From the NCBI RefSeq assembly GCF_006345805.1, contig NC_043000.1, positions 107,136,001 through 107,200,000 on the forward strand: a stretch of 64,000 bases of DNA, given 5' to 3'. The translations under genes and the position numbers were made by a program. Shown here piece after piece: positions 26,025-40,300 of this stretch (the stretch's first letter is position 1; each line of letters starts with the position of its first letter). The stretch is from Octopus sinensis. Its lineage: Eukaryota. The notes beneath the pieces are model-generated. The model saw nothing but the letters and a program-made list of their open reading frames with translations, searched no databases and had not been told where the DNA came from.

Positions 26025-27944
26025 CAGGCCTCTTTCAGGTTTTGTCCACCAAATCCACTCACAAGGCTTTAGTCAGCCCAAGGCTATAGTAGAAAAGACT
26101 TGCCCAAGGTTCTACACAGTGGGACTGAACCTGGAACCATGTTAAATGTTCTCAATTCATATTGTAAGTAAGCTTCTTATCACACAGCTACACTCATACA
26201 CAACAGGTTTCCATACAATTTCCATCTACCAAATTCATTCACAATGTGTTGGTCAGCCTGGGGCTATAATAGAAGACACTTGCTCAAGGTGCCACATAGT
26301 GGGACTGAGCTAACATATCAACATAATGCACAAAAACCTTCAGATCAGTTTTCTCATTTCAAAAATAAATAAGTCCATGCTGATATCACCTATTAACAAA
26401 TGCTAATGAAATGCAAGCCTACATTGGGGGAGGAGGGTCTCCATACAAATGTCAATCTTCTAGAAATAACAGTCACATCTCATTCAAATCACATCTTTTG
26501 AAAAAAGAACATGTATAATCAATAACTGTTCAAGATACACAATGATTGAGGATAAAATGCAAAAAGACAGGTTGACCATGGCAAGAATATCTTTGACCAC
26601 ACATCAATTTGATCAAGCAGTGAAGAGGCTTATACACATCATCATCATCGTTCAATGTCCACTTTCCATGCTGGCGTGGGTTGGATGGTCTAACATGGAG
26701 CTGGCCAGATTCCAATTGTCATCATCTTGCATACAGAGTAACAAAGAAAACTCAACAATTTTTATGTTGTATATTATATCTTACAATATGAATTGGGAAC
26801 ATTTAACTCCCTCCTACCCTGTATCTCAGTTCTCACTTTATTATGCCACTTGCACAAGAGAGATTAACTCCTTTCCACCCTATCTCAGTTCTTATTTGCT
26901 CTTACTGCCCTCTTAGACAGATAACCTGTTATCGGTTGTTAGTGTTAATGTCAATAGGCTTGCTTGGGTAAGTGCTCAATTTTAAAGACATCTTCATCAT
27001 GAACTTAGCTACCAATCTGTGACTGCTAGGAGCAAAGGTTACCACTTTACAGTGTGTACTGGGTACCTTTTTCATGCCACCAGCATTAATGAGGTCACCA
27101 AATAACTTGTAAAACACAAAAAAAAGAATAGCAAAATGCCCCACTGAACTACATTGAGGGAGTATTTGTGAGGGGGGAAATAGCTTCACATTAGGTGCTG
27201 AGGGGCTAAAGTATGATAGAAGAACAAACACTATGGCTACTCAACATTATATAAGGATGGGTGAAAGAAGCTAAAAAGGGTAGTGGCAGGGTACCAGATC
27301 AAACTCTTAAGGTACACACACATTTAAATATATGTATACACACTCATACATACACATATATACACATACACAAAGATACACCCAACCCATGCAAGCATGG
27401 AAAAGTAGACATTAAAACGATATATACATATATATATACATATATATACTTATATATATATACACACACACATATATATACATATACATACATACATACA
27501 TATACATACATACATACATATATATACATACATACATATATATACATACATACATATATATGCATACATACATATATATGCATACATACATATATATGCA
27601 TACATACATATACATACATACATACATACATACATACATACATACATACATACATACATCATACATACATACATACATACATACATACATACATACATAC
27701 ATACATACATACATACATACATACATACATACATACATACATACATACATACATACATACATACATACATACATACATACATACATACATACATACATAC
27801 ATACATACATACATACATACATACATACATACATACATACATACAACATACATACATACATACATACATACATACATACATACATACATACATACATACA
27901 TACATACATACATACATACATACATACATACATACATACATACA

Positions 27945-28024
<80 letters not shown>

Positions 28025-30869
28025 CATGCATGTAAAAAAAATTCCTTACTTAAAATCAGCTGTAGAAAGAAGCCGGGTCAGAGAAACACAATTCCCCTCC
28101 ATGGTCCCTTGTCCAACCGTCGGAACCACACTCCGTCTGCAAGCTACGTAAGCAGCACATGCCAACCAATGTAGTGGTTCCCCCTAAAATGTAAAAGGGC
28201 ATTTATAAATGTAAATGATAACTATACAGTTTAGAGAGAAAGAAACAGTGGGCAAAATTTGGCAGTAAACAAGAAAACAGAAGACTGACTCAAAAAAATT
28301 GAGAACAATACCTTCAAACATCTCTATAAAGAAATTATTATACATATCAGAAACAACATTGAATTAAAATACCAGTATGTGTGTGTGTGTGTTGTCATTG
28401 TCATCATCATTATTTAACATCCATCTTTCATATTGGCGTGAGTTGGAGATTTTTTTAGGAGCTGGCAAACCGTAAGACTGCACCAAGCTCTACCATCAAC
28501 TTTGGCATGGTTTATTTATGGCTGGATACCCTGCCTAATAACCAACCCCTTCACAGAGTGTTGTACTGGGTGCTTTCTCTATGGCACCAACAAGGTCACC
28601 AAATAACTTGCAAAAACACCTCAACTAAGTGCAGAATAGTATTAACCCTTTAGTGTTCAGATTATTCTGTCAAATGTGATGTTTGTTTATTTATATTGTT
28701 TTGAATTAATCATGTATTATCTTGTAGTTTAGAGATTGCAGTGATGTGATTTTTTTAGTTTTAGAATGACATGGTAGGGCTGAGGTAAGAGGCGAGCTCT
28801 GGTCAGTTTCAATATAAAACAGGTTAAATATTCTGGCTGGATATGGCCAGTTTGAATGCTAAAGGTTATTCTAAAACCATGTCATTCTAAAACTAAAAAA
28901 ATCACATCACGCAATCTCTAAACTACAAGATAATACATGATTAATTCAAAGGGAGGTACCAGGCAATGAGAGGTCAGAGTATGAATAGGACAAAAACAAG
29001 TGTCTCACAGTAGAGAAGATACAACAGAGTAGCACTAACTGCAATGCAGGAATCCCCAAATACCAGACTGAAGACCAGTACCAGGCCATGGATCATTTGG
29101 TACAGGACCATACAAACACATAAAATATTTTCAAATTTTCTTTCTATTTTATTAACTATCTCAGTCTGCAGAGTGCTTCTGCATTTATACATGTATTATA
29201 ATTGTAATATATATGTATTCTATACATAATAATTAACCCTTTAGTATTTAAACCGGCCATATCCGGCCAAAATATTTAATCTGCTTTATGTTCAAACTGA
29301 CCAGATCCAGGCTCTCACACCAACCCTACAATGTTATTCTACATTAGGTAATTACACCATCAAGATCTTGAAGATATGAGATAATGCATGATTAATTCAA
29401 ATCAATGTGAATCAATAGGCATTATGTTTGATAGAATAATCTGAACACTAAAGGGTTAAAGAGACACTTATTAAAGAGCTTCCTTTTGTTTGCTTTTTAA
29501 TGCACATGTCTCTTTGAGACGTTTCTCTGGAACAAAATATCACACTTCTTTATGTTCTGAGTTCAAATTTTGCCATGGCTTATCCAGGTGATAGACTTGT
29601 TGCCCGATTTAACATCACTACCTGGTACATTGGGCAAGGTTTCCAGTTTGAGGATAACTTCATCCCTCCCATCAATTATAAATGCTAAACTATACACCAT
29701 TAGTTTTAATTCCTAGGTGCAGGCATGGCTGTGTGGTAAGAAGCTTGCTTCCCCACCACATGGTTCCGGGTTCAGTCCCACTGCATAGCACCTTGGGCAA
29801 GTGTTTTCTACTATAACCTCACGTCGATCAAAGCCTTGTGAGTGGATTTGGTAAACTGAAACTGAAAGAAATTTGTCACACGTGTGTGTGTGTGTATACA
29901 TGTCTGTCTGTCTGTTTGTCCCCCACTACCACTTGACAACTAGTGTTGGTGTGTTTACGCCCCCCGTAACATAGCAGTTCGGCAAAAGTGACCGATAATA
30001 TAAGTACCAGGTTTTTAAAAAAATATATCCTGGGATCGATTTTTGCAACCACACAAAAAAAAAACCATCCTTCGAGGCAGTACCCCAGCAAGGCTGCAGT
30101 CAAATGACTAAAACAAGTAAAAGATAGATGCTAATGTTGTTGCTCTTGAATTTACGGTCTGACTAAGCAGATGTAAGAACAACAACATTCCAACCAAGAG
30201 CATCCCATACAATTTTCAAGATGGTATAAAAAGAGCTGCACTATTCATTGCATCCTTTTATATTTTTTCAAGGGAATAGAAAGTGATTTGGAGATCTGAC
30301 TGCTATTTCTAACAGGCCAAGCAACCATGTAGACACCTCCCTCACTGGCTAACCATATGCTAATTTTATTAAGTAGCTGCAGTTACACTGGTTTTGTCAA
30401 TAGAATGAACAATGCAGGAGTCCCCAACTACCAGACTGCAGACCAGTACCAGGCCATGGGTCATTTGGTACAGGACCACACACAAACAGAAAAAATTTTC
30501 AAATTTTCTTTCTATTTTATTAACTATCTCAGTCTGCAGAGTGTTTCTGCATTATACATGTATTATAATTGTAATATATATGTATTCTATACATAATAGT
30601 TAAATTATATATTATGCACTTTATTGTGTTTTGTTCTACATGTGATCTCCTGGTTCAGAGAAAAACTGCCTTGCATGAAACCAGTTTGTGGTGCAAAAAA
30701 GGATGGAGACCGATATGGAATAACAGATATAACCAACAGTTCAAAGATGAGTACATGAGTAACATAAGAAACAGTAATGACAATTGGATAAATAATAGAT
30801 CTAGATATATTAAATAATGAGATGGTCATAGCTAGAATGATTAGGGCTGACACAGATCAAAATAACAGT

Positions 30870-30910
<41 letters not shown>

Positions 30911-31311
30911 CGTAGGAGAGGCTTTGTGGAAGGTAGCTTGCTTACGAACCACATGGTTCCGGGTTCAGTCCCACTGCATGGCACCTTGGGCAAGTGTCTT
31001 CTACTATAGCCTCGGGCCGACCAAAGCCTTGTGAGTGGATTTGGTAGACGGAAACTGAAAGAAGCCCGTTGTATATATGTATGTGTGTATATATGTTTGT
31101 GTGTCTGTTTATCCCCCTAACATCACTTGACAACCGATGCTGGTGTGTTTACATCCCCGTAACTTAGCGGTTTGGCAAAAGAGACCGATAGAATGAGTAC
31201 TAGGCTGACAAAGAATAAGTCCTTGGGTCGATTTGTTCAACAAAAGGCGGTACCCCAGCATGGCCACAGTCAAATGACTGAAACAAGAAAAAGATTATAT
31301 ATATATATATA

Positions 31312-31380
<69 letters not shown>

Positions 31381-34300
31381 TAAGATTTCAACTGACAAAG
31401 TGTCATATTTTATTTCATCATTCTTTTTAAATGTATACCTGTATTTACCTATAGTTAATATATAGACAGGTGTGTTACTGATGTGCAACTGATAATCTGT
31501 GGCCTGTTTTGACCCAGACATAAATATGTGAGGATGCTTAAATTCCTCCCAGCTGTTAACTTTTTTCTACTATCAAGCCATCACAACACACATTTGTTTA
31601 TTCACTAGGGCAGTAAACACCCTCCCTACACCTAACTATAATAATATATAATAATATGAAGTTACAAATGTTTAAAACAAAATCTAGGTTGTGACTTGAG
31701 AGTGAGTTGGCTATTATTTCTTGTAATCAAATGACCAGATGGAGGATCCTTCACTGGTTCAGAAGATGCTGATCTTCGTGCTTGTCCCAAACACTAGGAC
31801 ACCCTCAAAGTTCATAATAAATGTATAAATACTACAAATATGTAGGGCTGGTTGTGTGGTTAAGGTTTGATCCTACCCCTCTTCAGCATCTTAAGCCTTC
31901 TATAAACCAAAACGTTGTGATTGTAATTTGATAATTATGTGAAAACAAATGATGTATGTATATGAATGTATGCATATATCTTTAGCATATTAACTGCCAC
32001 ATGTAAGACAGGTGGTTCGTTGCAAACTGGTGGTAATTTTTATAATTTCAGAAAATATTTTATTCTGCATCTCTGACATGGTTTCAGGGATATTTAAATA
32101 ACATGAGTGTTAAATATTAAAGTTTAATTATATAAAATATTGTAAAAATGCAAAAAAAAATTCACTTCCTTGTAATTAAACAGTACGCAGTGTAATCAGA
32201 AATACGTGGAATTACCAACAAGTTCCAATAACAGGCTATGACAGTTAACCCTTTCATTACCAATCCGGCTGAAACCGGCTCTGGCTCTGAGTACAAATGT
32301 CTTGTTTTCGTAAGTTTTGAATTAAAATCTTACACCAAACCGTAGTCACAATTTATGTTCCTAACACAAGCTGAATGATGACTAAGTTATTTTACTAAAT
32401 TCTTTGTTATATTTAAAGTAATTGAAAGAAACACAGAGCATCTCAAAATGAATACAGTAACGAATGGGTTAATGTGTTACAGTAATTGGCATTAGGAAGG
32501 GTATCCGGTTATAGAAACAATGCCTAAGCAGAGACTGGAACTCAGCACATCTCTCTGACTTGTCGGTTCCCATCAAGCCGTTCAAACATGCCAACATGGA
32601 AAAAGGGATATTAAATGATCACACTCACACACACACACGAATGTATGTATGTATCTTTTGTTGGTGTATACCAGTAAAAGATATAAGCATAAATAAAACA
32701 ATAGACTGGTAATTTCAAGCTAAAAATATACCCTATAGAATTTTTTTCTGTCCAAGTTACCCAGATACTCATTTGCATCACTGTAATGCAGTAAATGAAT
32801 TTGGCTAATTGGAAGCACATAACCAACAATGCAGCTGTTTCCTAAATTGCAAAAATAAAATATGACCGAAACAGAGTGAAAACAAGGAATGAAACAAAAG
32901 ATGCCAATCCTATTGCCAACATTAGCCAATGTTAAATATAATTTTAAAAATCCTCAGTTAATTCATGGTACGCAAAACATTTTATTACTATTAGCACAGT
33001 TTAGTTGTGTAGCATTAAATTACATTTGGAATAATCCAATTTGGTATGTAACAACATCCCCCTAAATATCTGGGTATTGTTGTAGTTGCATAGTTCAGAT
33101 CAGTCCTAATCAAGAAGGTCGAAGATTAAAAAGTATTCTAGACATAACCCTATTGCTTTTTTTAAATTTTTTTTATATTTTATTTTTGCAGGAATACTAT
33201 GCTCTGAAGTTGCAATAGTCAATGTGTTCTTTCCTACAACACTAGGGTGTGTGGGTTTTAGTAAGATTTGACTGCTATTTCAAGCAACTGCATAGGTGCA
33301 GGAATGGCTGTGTGGTAAGTAGGTTGCTTACCAACCACATGGTTCCAGGTTCAGTCCCACTGCGTGGTACCTTGGGCAAGTGTCTTCTACTATAGCCTCG
33401 GGCCGACCAAAGTCTTGTGAGTGGATTTGATAGACAGAAACTGAAAGAAGCCTGTTGTATATATGTATGTATATGTTTGTGTGTTTGCGTGTCTGTGTTT
33501 GTCTGCCCTACATCACTTGACAACTGATGCTGGTGTGTTTAAGTCCTCGTAACTTAGCGGTTCAGCAAAAGAGACCAATAGAATAAGTACCAGGCTTACA
33601 AAGAATAAGTCCTGGGATCGATTTCCTTGACTAAAGGCGGTGCTCCAGCATGACCGCGGTCATATGACAGAAACGAGTAAAAAGAATAAAGAGACTTGTT
33701 CATTAACTCAAATATCTACTGTTATTTGTTTAAAGGACAATCTTGTGATAATCCTAAATTCTAATACTTGCATACTTGCCCATCCCTCAATTTTAATAAC
33801 ATTATTTGATATAAACATTAAAAATTGATCAGCATGGCCACAGCCCCTGGTGGAAACCAATAAACAAAAATAAAAAGAATCTAAAACAACAAAAAAAAAT
33901 TTTAAATCATTCGATACACATTTTATTCTTATTTTGTTAGATGCCACTGATTAAGCATCAAAAGTTTCCAATATTTTCAGACACTGCATACATGCTTAAC
34001 CCTTTTGTTACCATATTTCTGTTGAGATGCTCTGTGTTTCTTTCGACTAATTTTAAATATAACAAAGAATTTAGTGAAATAACGTAGTTATCACTAAGCT
34101 AGTGTTAGGAACATAAATTATGATTAAGCTTTGTGGAAGATTCTAAATAAGAACTTATGAAAACAAGACATTTGTATTACAGAGCCAGAGCCGGTTTCAT
34201 CCGGATTGGTATTGAAAGGGTTAATGGGAGTGTTGGTGAGTAAGAAATAGATTTACACTTTCTTTAATTCCTTTGTTTCAGACGTTTGACTGCAGCCATG

Positions 34301-37300
34301 CCGGAGCACCGCCTTAAAGGGTTTTTTTCAGTCAAAGAAATCGATCTCAGGACTTATTCTATCAGTCTTTTTTGCCAAGCTGCTAAGTTACAAGTGCATA
34401 AACACACCAACGTCAATTATCAAGCGATAGTTGGGAGACAAACACAGATACAAAGACACACACATAAATATATACACACGACAGGCTTCTTTCAGTTTCC
34501 ATTTACCAAACCCACTCATAAGGCTTTGGTCAGCCCGATGCTATAGTAGAAGACACTGTGCTACACAGTGGTTTGAGCCCAGAACCATGTAATCGGGAAG
34601 CAAGCTTCTTACTGCACAGCCAAGCCTGCACCTGGCATAACGATTTTAGCAAAGTTATTGATATATATGTATATATCATTCAACCACGGTAGTGGTTGAA
34701 TATATTCTTAAGTTCACCATTTCATCAATCACAGCAGCTTCCAAGCTTCACCACTAATTCAGTTCTCAACTAAATTGCAAACTGTAAATAGTTTTAAAGA
34801 GGACACCTCCTCAACTACACTTTGGCATAAATAGTTCGATATTTGGTTCAGTAGAAAAAAGTTATTTCAAAATATCTGCAACCTCAAAGGGGGCAGTAAG
34901 GCACCTATACATCTTCAATTAACATACATTTTTTAATTTTAAATTAAAAGTATACTGTTCTTAGGCTTAAATGATAGAAAAATTCATGAGGAATTCAAAA
35001 TCACTAGTCGCATTAAACAAAAATGAGTAGAAAAAGAGTTATGAGGTAAAGTGTTATGAAATTTAATGTCAGTAAATAAGGGAATAAACGCTTAAGGAAT
35101 AAGAATAAAGAATATATTTCTAAAATTAATGTTTAGATTCTAAGCTGGTGAGTTGGCCGAAGCGTTAGCACACCGGGCAAAATGCTTAATGGTATTTCAT
35201 CTGTCCTTATGCTTTGAGTTCAAATTTCTGTTAAACTTCATTGTTTGCTCAAAGATTTGCATCTTCAGCTACGTTATTTCAAGACATGGATTCAGGGAGC
35301 TTGAGATAAATGGTTGTATCATACCTACTTGTTGCAAATTGAATTAGGAGGTGGCAGTAGAAGAATAATTCAATCGCAAGCACTTTTTGGCCTCAATCAA
35401 TCATTTCTGATTGACAAACGTTTTTTTTTTAGTATTACCATTAATTACCTAGTCTTCCTAGTAATGAATGATGTATAACATTAGACATTACACTGAGCCT
35501 AGAAGGTGGTGATCTAATAATCTAAACATATAAAGCTGAAGCTGTCTGTGTGTGGCAGGTTTGGTAGCCTTCAACTAACACTATCTCCTCCGAGACCTTG
35601 GGGCGCAAGTTGACCAAAATTGAGAGTATGACAGAAGAAGGCTTGCTCTTCATTCCATAGAAGATAAAATTCAAATCGGACCATGTTAAGACCAAAAATT
35701 ATTTACACCAAAAAGGTGCTTTTTTTTCTATGAAAGTCCCTATTTTTTACGATTTTTTTTACTGCTGTGTCGCCATTTTTCGGTGTATTTCAACCAGAAA
35801 AATGTTTACTTAAAGAGAATAACAAGCTACATAATGCAAATTTTTTACTTTTCAAAAATTCCAATTCTAAAGGGTCGAAACAAACCCGAGCAATGCCAGG
35901 GGATACTGCTAGTATTTATTAAAGCTTTCATCGTCGTTTGCATTAGATAAAACTAAGCAGTTTTCTTGATTATTCCTTTGTAACCTTCATTCTATCTGTT
36001 AGGTGATGAACGGAATTGTTTAAGTCTTCCAAGAATTCCAAAATTCAGAACTTTCAAACTGACTGACACCACAAAATAAATAGAATAATGAGGAGAGGCA
36101 CTAGATGATAGATGGCTTGAAAAGTTTTTTCTTTTAGGTCAAATGTCAGGACAACACTTAAAGTTAAAGTATCATCAAAACATAAAAATCACCCGTTTCA
36201 ATAATTGGTCCTATGATATCAAGTGACAATCACTACCAAAGTTTTGTTGTTTTTTTAATACTGTCTCAACTGATCAGTTTGTAATTTTGATGGATGTACT
36301 GACTATTCACTGTTTTGAAAGTTTCTTAAATCTATATATATAAAGCTGAAGTTGTCTGTGTGTGGCAGGTTTGGTAGCCTTCAACTAACACTATCTCCAC
36401 CGAGACCCTGCGGCGCAAGTTGACCAAAATTGAGAGTGTGATAGAAGAAGGCTTGCTCTTCATTCCGTAGAAGATAAAATTCAAATTGGATCATGTTAAC
36501 ACCAAAAATTATTTACATCAAAAGGGTGCTTTTTTTCTATGAAAATCCCTATTTTTTACGATTTTTTGACTGGTGTGTTGCCATTTTTCGGTGTATTTCA
36601 ACCAGAAAAATGTTCACTTAAAGAGAATAACAAGCTACATAATGCAAATTTTTTACCTTTCAAAAATTCCAATTCTAAAGGGTCGAAAGGAAAACAAGCC
36701 CGAGCAACGCTGGGCTATACTGCTAGTATGCTATTAAATTTCAGATCAGCACACATGCAGCAAACACAATTAAGGGCAGGAGGCTACCTATAACCCTTTT
36801 GTTACCATATTTCTGTTGAAATACACCTGCCTCTGTTCCAATTAATTTTTAAAATAATGAAGTATTTAGTAAAATAACTTCATCATTATTAAGCTGGTGC
36901 TGATATTTAGACCATGAATTAACATGAAATTTTTGATGGAAACATTTTAATTCAGATCACTTTAATACTTTAACATTCAGATTAATTTATCAAATGTAAA
37001 GCTTATTTATCCACATATTTTAAAATTAATCAAGTATTATCATAAAACCGTGAAATTTTGATGATGTAACTATTTATTTTTAGAATGATATTGTAGGGTA
37101 GGTGTGAGAGGCTGGATCTAGCTTGTTTCAACATATAACTGGTAGAGTACATAGGCCAGATATGGCCAGTTTAAATGCTAAGGGATTAAAATGAAGTTTG
37201 TATCATAGAATCAGATATGGTCTTAAGGCAGTGAGCTGGCAGAAACGTTAGCATGCCAGGCGAAATGCTTAGCAGTATTTTGTCTGTCGCTACATTCTGA

Positions 37301-40300
37301 GTTCAAATTCCGCTGAGGTCGACTTTGCCTTTCATTCTTTCGGGGTCGATTAAATAAGCACCAATTAATCACTGGGGGTCAATATAATCGACAATCCGTT
37401 TGTCCTTGTTTGTCCCCTCTGTGTGTAGCCCCTTGTGGGCAGTAAAGAAATATGAATCAGATATGGTCTTGGACATGTTGGTATCAAAAGGATTAAATTC
37501 TATCTGAAATGCCATAATCAGATTTTCTATGGATAACAAAACATTCGGTTGTTCCTAGGTTGCAAATTTTTACTTTAATATTTAGAATTATCTTTCCACT
37601 TATCTTTTATCAGTTACTTGTTCCAGTCATTAGAGAGTGGTCATGCTGGGACACTGCCTCGAAGAATTTTCATCAAATAAATTGACCCCAGTAATTATTA
37701 ACCCTTTCATTACCAACCTGGTTGAAACCGGCTCTGGCTCTGAAGTAAAAATGTCTTGCTTTCAAAAGTTCTGAATTAAAATCTTCCACCAAACCTTAGT
37801 GACAATTTATGTTCATAACACTAGCTTAATGATAACTAAGTTATTTTACTAAATTCTTTGTTATATTTAAAGTAAATGAAAGAAACGCAGAGCATCTCCA
37901 AATAAATACAGTAACGAAAGGGTTAAACCTGGTATTTATTCTATCAGTTTCTTTTGCCAAATTGCCAAACAACTAAGTTACAGGGACATAAACATGCCAA
38001 CACCAGTTGTCAAGTGGCGGTGGGGGACAAACATAGACACACACACATGACCAGTTTCTTTCAGTTTTCATCTGCCAAATCCACTCACAAGGCTTTGGTT
38101 GGTCCAATGCTATAGTAACCACAAAGTGGGACTGAACCCAGAACCTTGCAATAGGGAAGCAAACATCTTACCACACATCCATGCCAGCAGGACTTTTTTC
38201 TACCAACAGATTACATCTTTTGGGATGATTAATGCCAAGCTTTTTCCAATATCTTTCCAGTTGATTGTGCCTATTTACAGAGCCAAAGGCAGCAAATTGT
38301 CAGAGTCGTTAGACAATTGGATAGAACATTTCACACTATTAGCCCCAACCCACCAGAGTCTGACCTCCAATCCTTTTGGAGTTGATAAAAAAAAAAGTAG
38401 CAACCAAGGCAAAGAATCGGCAGGGCTGTTAGAGGATCAGACAGGATCACTTGTGATCCATTCCAGCTTTTTGCATTCTGACAGCAATGCTTACAACAAT
38501 ATTGATGCCAAACTATCAGCCCAAATCAGTAGGTCTTTTCCTCAAATAAACATTGGTATAGCGGAGAAGAGCATCTGTATGCATGGGTAATTTCCAGTCT
38601 TCTTGAGCAGAACTGCACATACAAGTGCAGATAAATGGTCAACAATGACTGATAGCAGCTCCTATATTCACAGCCAAAGAGATACGAGGAGGGCTGAAAA
38701 AGTCATGGCTTTGGGTAAAAGAAAATACAAGAGGATTAGTTAATTACGATGGGTTTCGGATTCAGTCCCACTGTGTGGCACTTTGTACAGGTGTCTTCCG
38801 CTATAGCCCCGAGTCGACCGAAGCTTTGTGATTGAATTCGGTAGGCGGAAGTTACTGCCGTGTGTGTATATGTGCGTGTAGGTGCTCAGTGCTTCTCCGA
38901 AAGAGAGAGAGGATTATATTTAACATATTCCCTTCTCAGATTCACATATTTATTGTAGTGGTCCTTCAGTTTTTCTAAGCCCTGTAAAAGAACTCCGAAG
39001 CCTTGGCCTTCAACCAGGCCTTTCACAATACCCTTAAAGCCAGGAACTTTTCAGCACCCCCCCTCATATTTCTATTCAGGTGTTTCATACGATAATACTG
39101 CCTATACCTTTTGTTTCCAACATACTTTTGCAAAATGTCTGATCTTACACTTACAACTAGTTCATCAACAACAGGACATTCTGTATGGCCAGGTAAAGTC
39201 CTTAATCTATGTTAAACACAAGTTTTAACTTAACTGAAGTAGATTTCCTGATAGCAGCAGCATAAGAACCATGTTTAGCAGTTGTAATACTGTCTATAGC
39301 ACTGTTGATAACACAGATTCAATCAATGTAACAGCTGGAATACATAATAAATTGGTACATACTGTTTTATTCTATAATAAACCACAGAATGGGTATATAT
39401 ATATTTTCAACATGCCACTGGTAATTGGCTATGACAAGTCCAGTGGCAAAATAGTGTTAGATGAGCCCCCAGAATAATGTTTTACTTAGTAAAAAATGCC
39501 AAGAAATTTCTACTTAGAGGTTTTGATGGAATGATGTTTCTGATATATGATTTTAGCATTTGCGAAGATACCTGAGACTTATGAAGCTAGATGAGAACAA
39601 CAAATTGGATGTATTTCTATTATGTCTGCTCTGGAAGACACAGCAATTTCGTTGCCAAGGTGAAAGCAGATTAGTGAAGGCAAATACATACAATACATTC
39701 AAGGGTCAAAAATTTCATTGTGAGAGGAGCAATGAAAAAGAATGTGCAAGAAGTAGAGGAAGCTCAAGGAAGACCTGGCTAAAGACAATGGGAGAGAAAA
39801 TGAAAGCAAGGAATTGGTGAAAAGGGACGTAGAGGATAGGGTAAAATGAGGAAGACTGTCAGGAGGCCTGCAAGGCTGATATTTGTTTTACAAGAAAAAA
39901 TTACCTTAAAATATTTGTTAATGTACTCTATTCTAAATATGAAATTACATTAATAATTGCATTTATGATCCAATAAAAATGTTCACAGTTTATTTATAAG
40001 ATCAGCCCTGAAAAACTGTCTTCATAAACACAGGTATGTGACTGAAAAGTTTGCTTCCCAATCACATAATTTCAGATTCAGTCCCACAGTATGACACTTT
40101 AGGCTTGACATCATGCTAGCAATTGACTAGCAATTGACCAATTGGAAACCTGTAACCAACAATACAAGAGCTATTCACAACAATATAAAATAAATTATTA
40201 CAGTGTTGAGTACATGTTAACCCTGACAAAACTCAGTCCTCGTCACAATATTAACTGTGACTTAGAACTGCGGGTATACGATGTTTTAAAGTAAAACCAC

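Noticed and set aside
25264-26089. Repeat array and repetitive ORFs as a CRISPR array or coding repeat
   Set aside because: Units are contiguous with no unique spacers, there are no cas genes, and the context is a eukaryotic intron
27261-28174. Long ORFs (up to 296 aa) of HTYI/MYVC repeats
   Set aside because: They are translations of the (TACA)n microsatellite; the only real coding sequence here is RBL exon 2 on the minus strand
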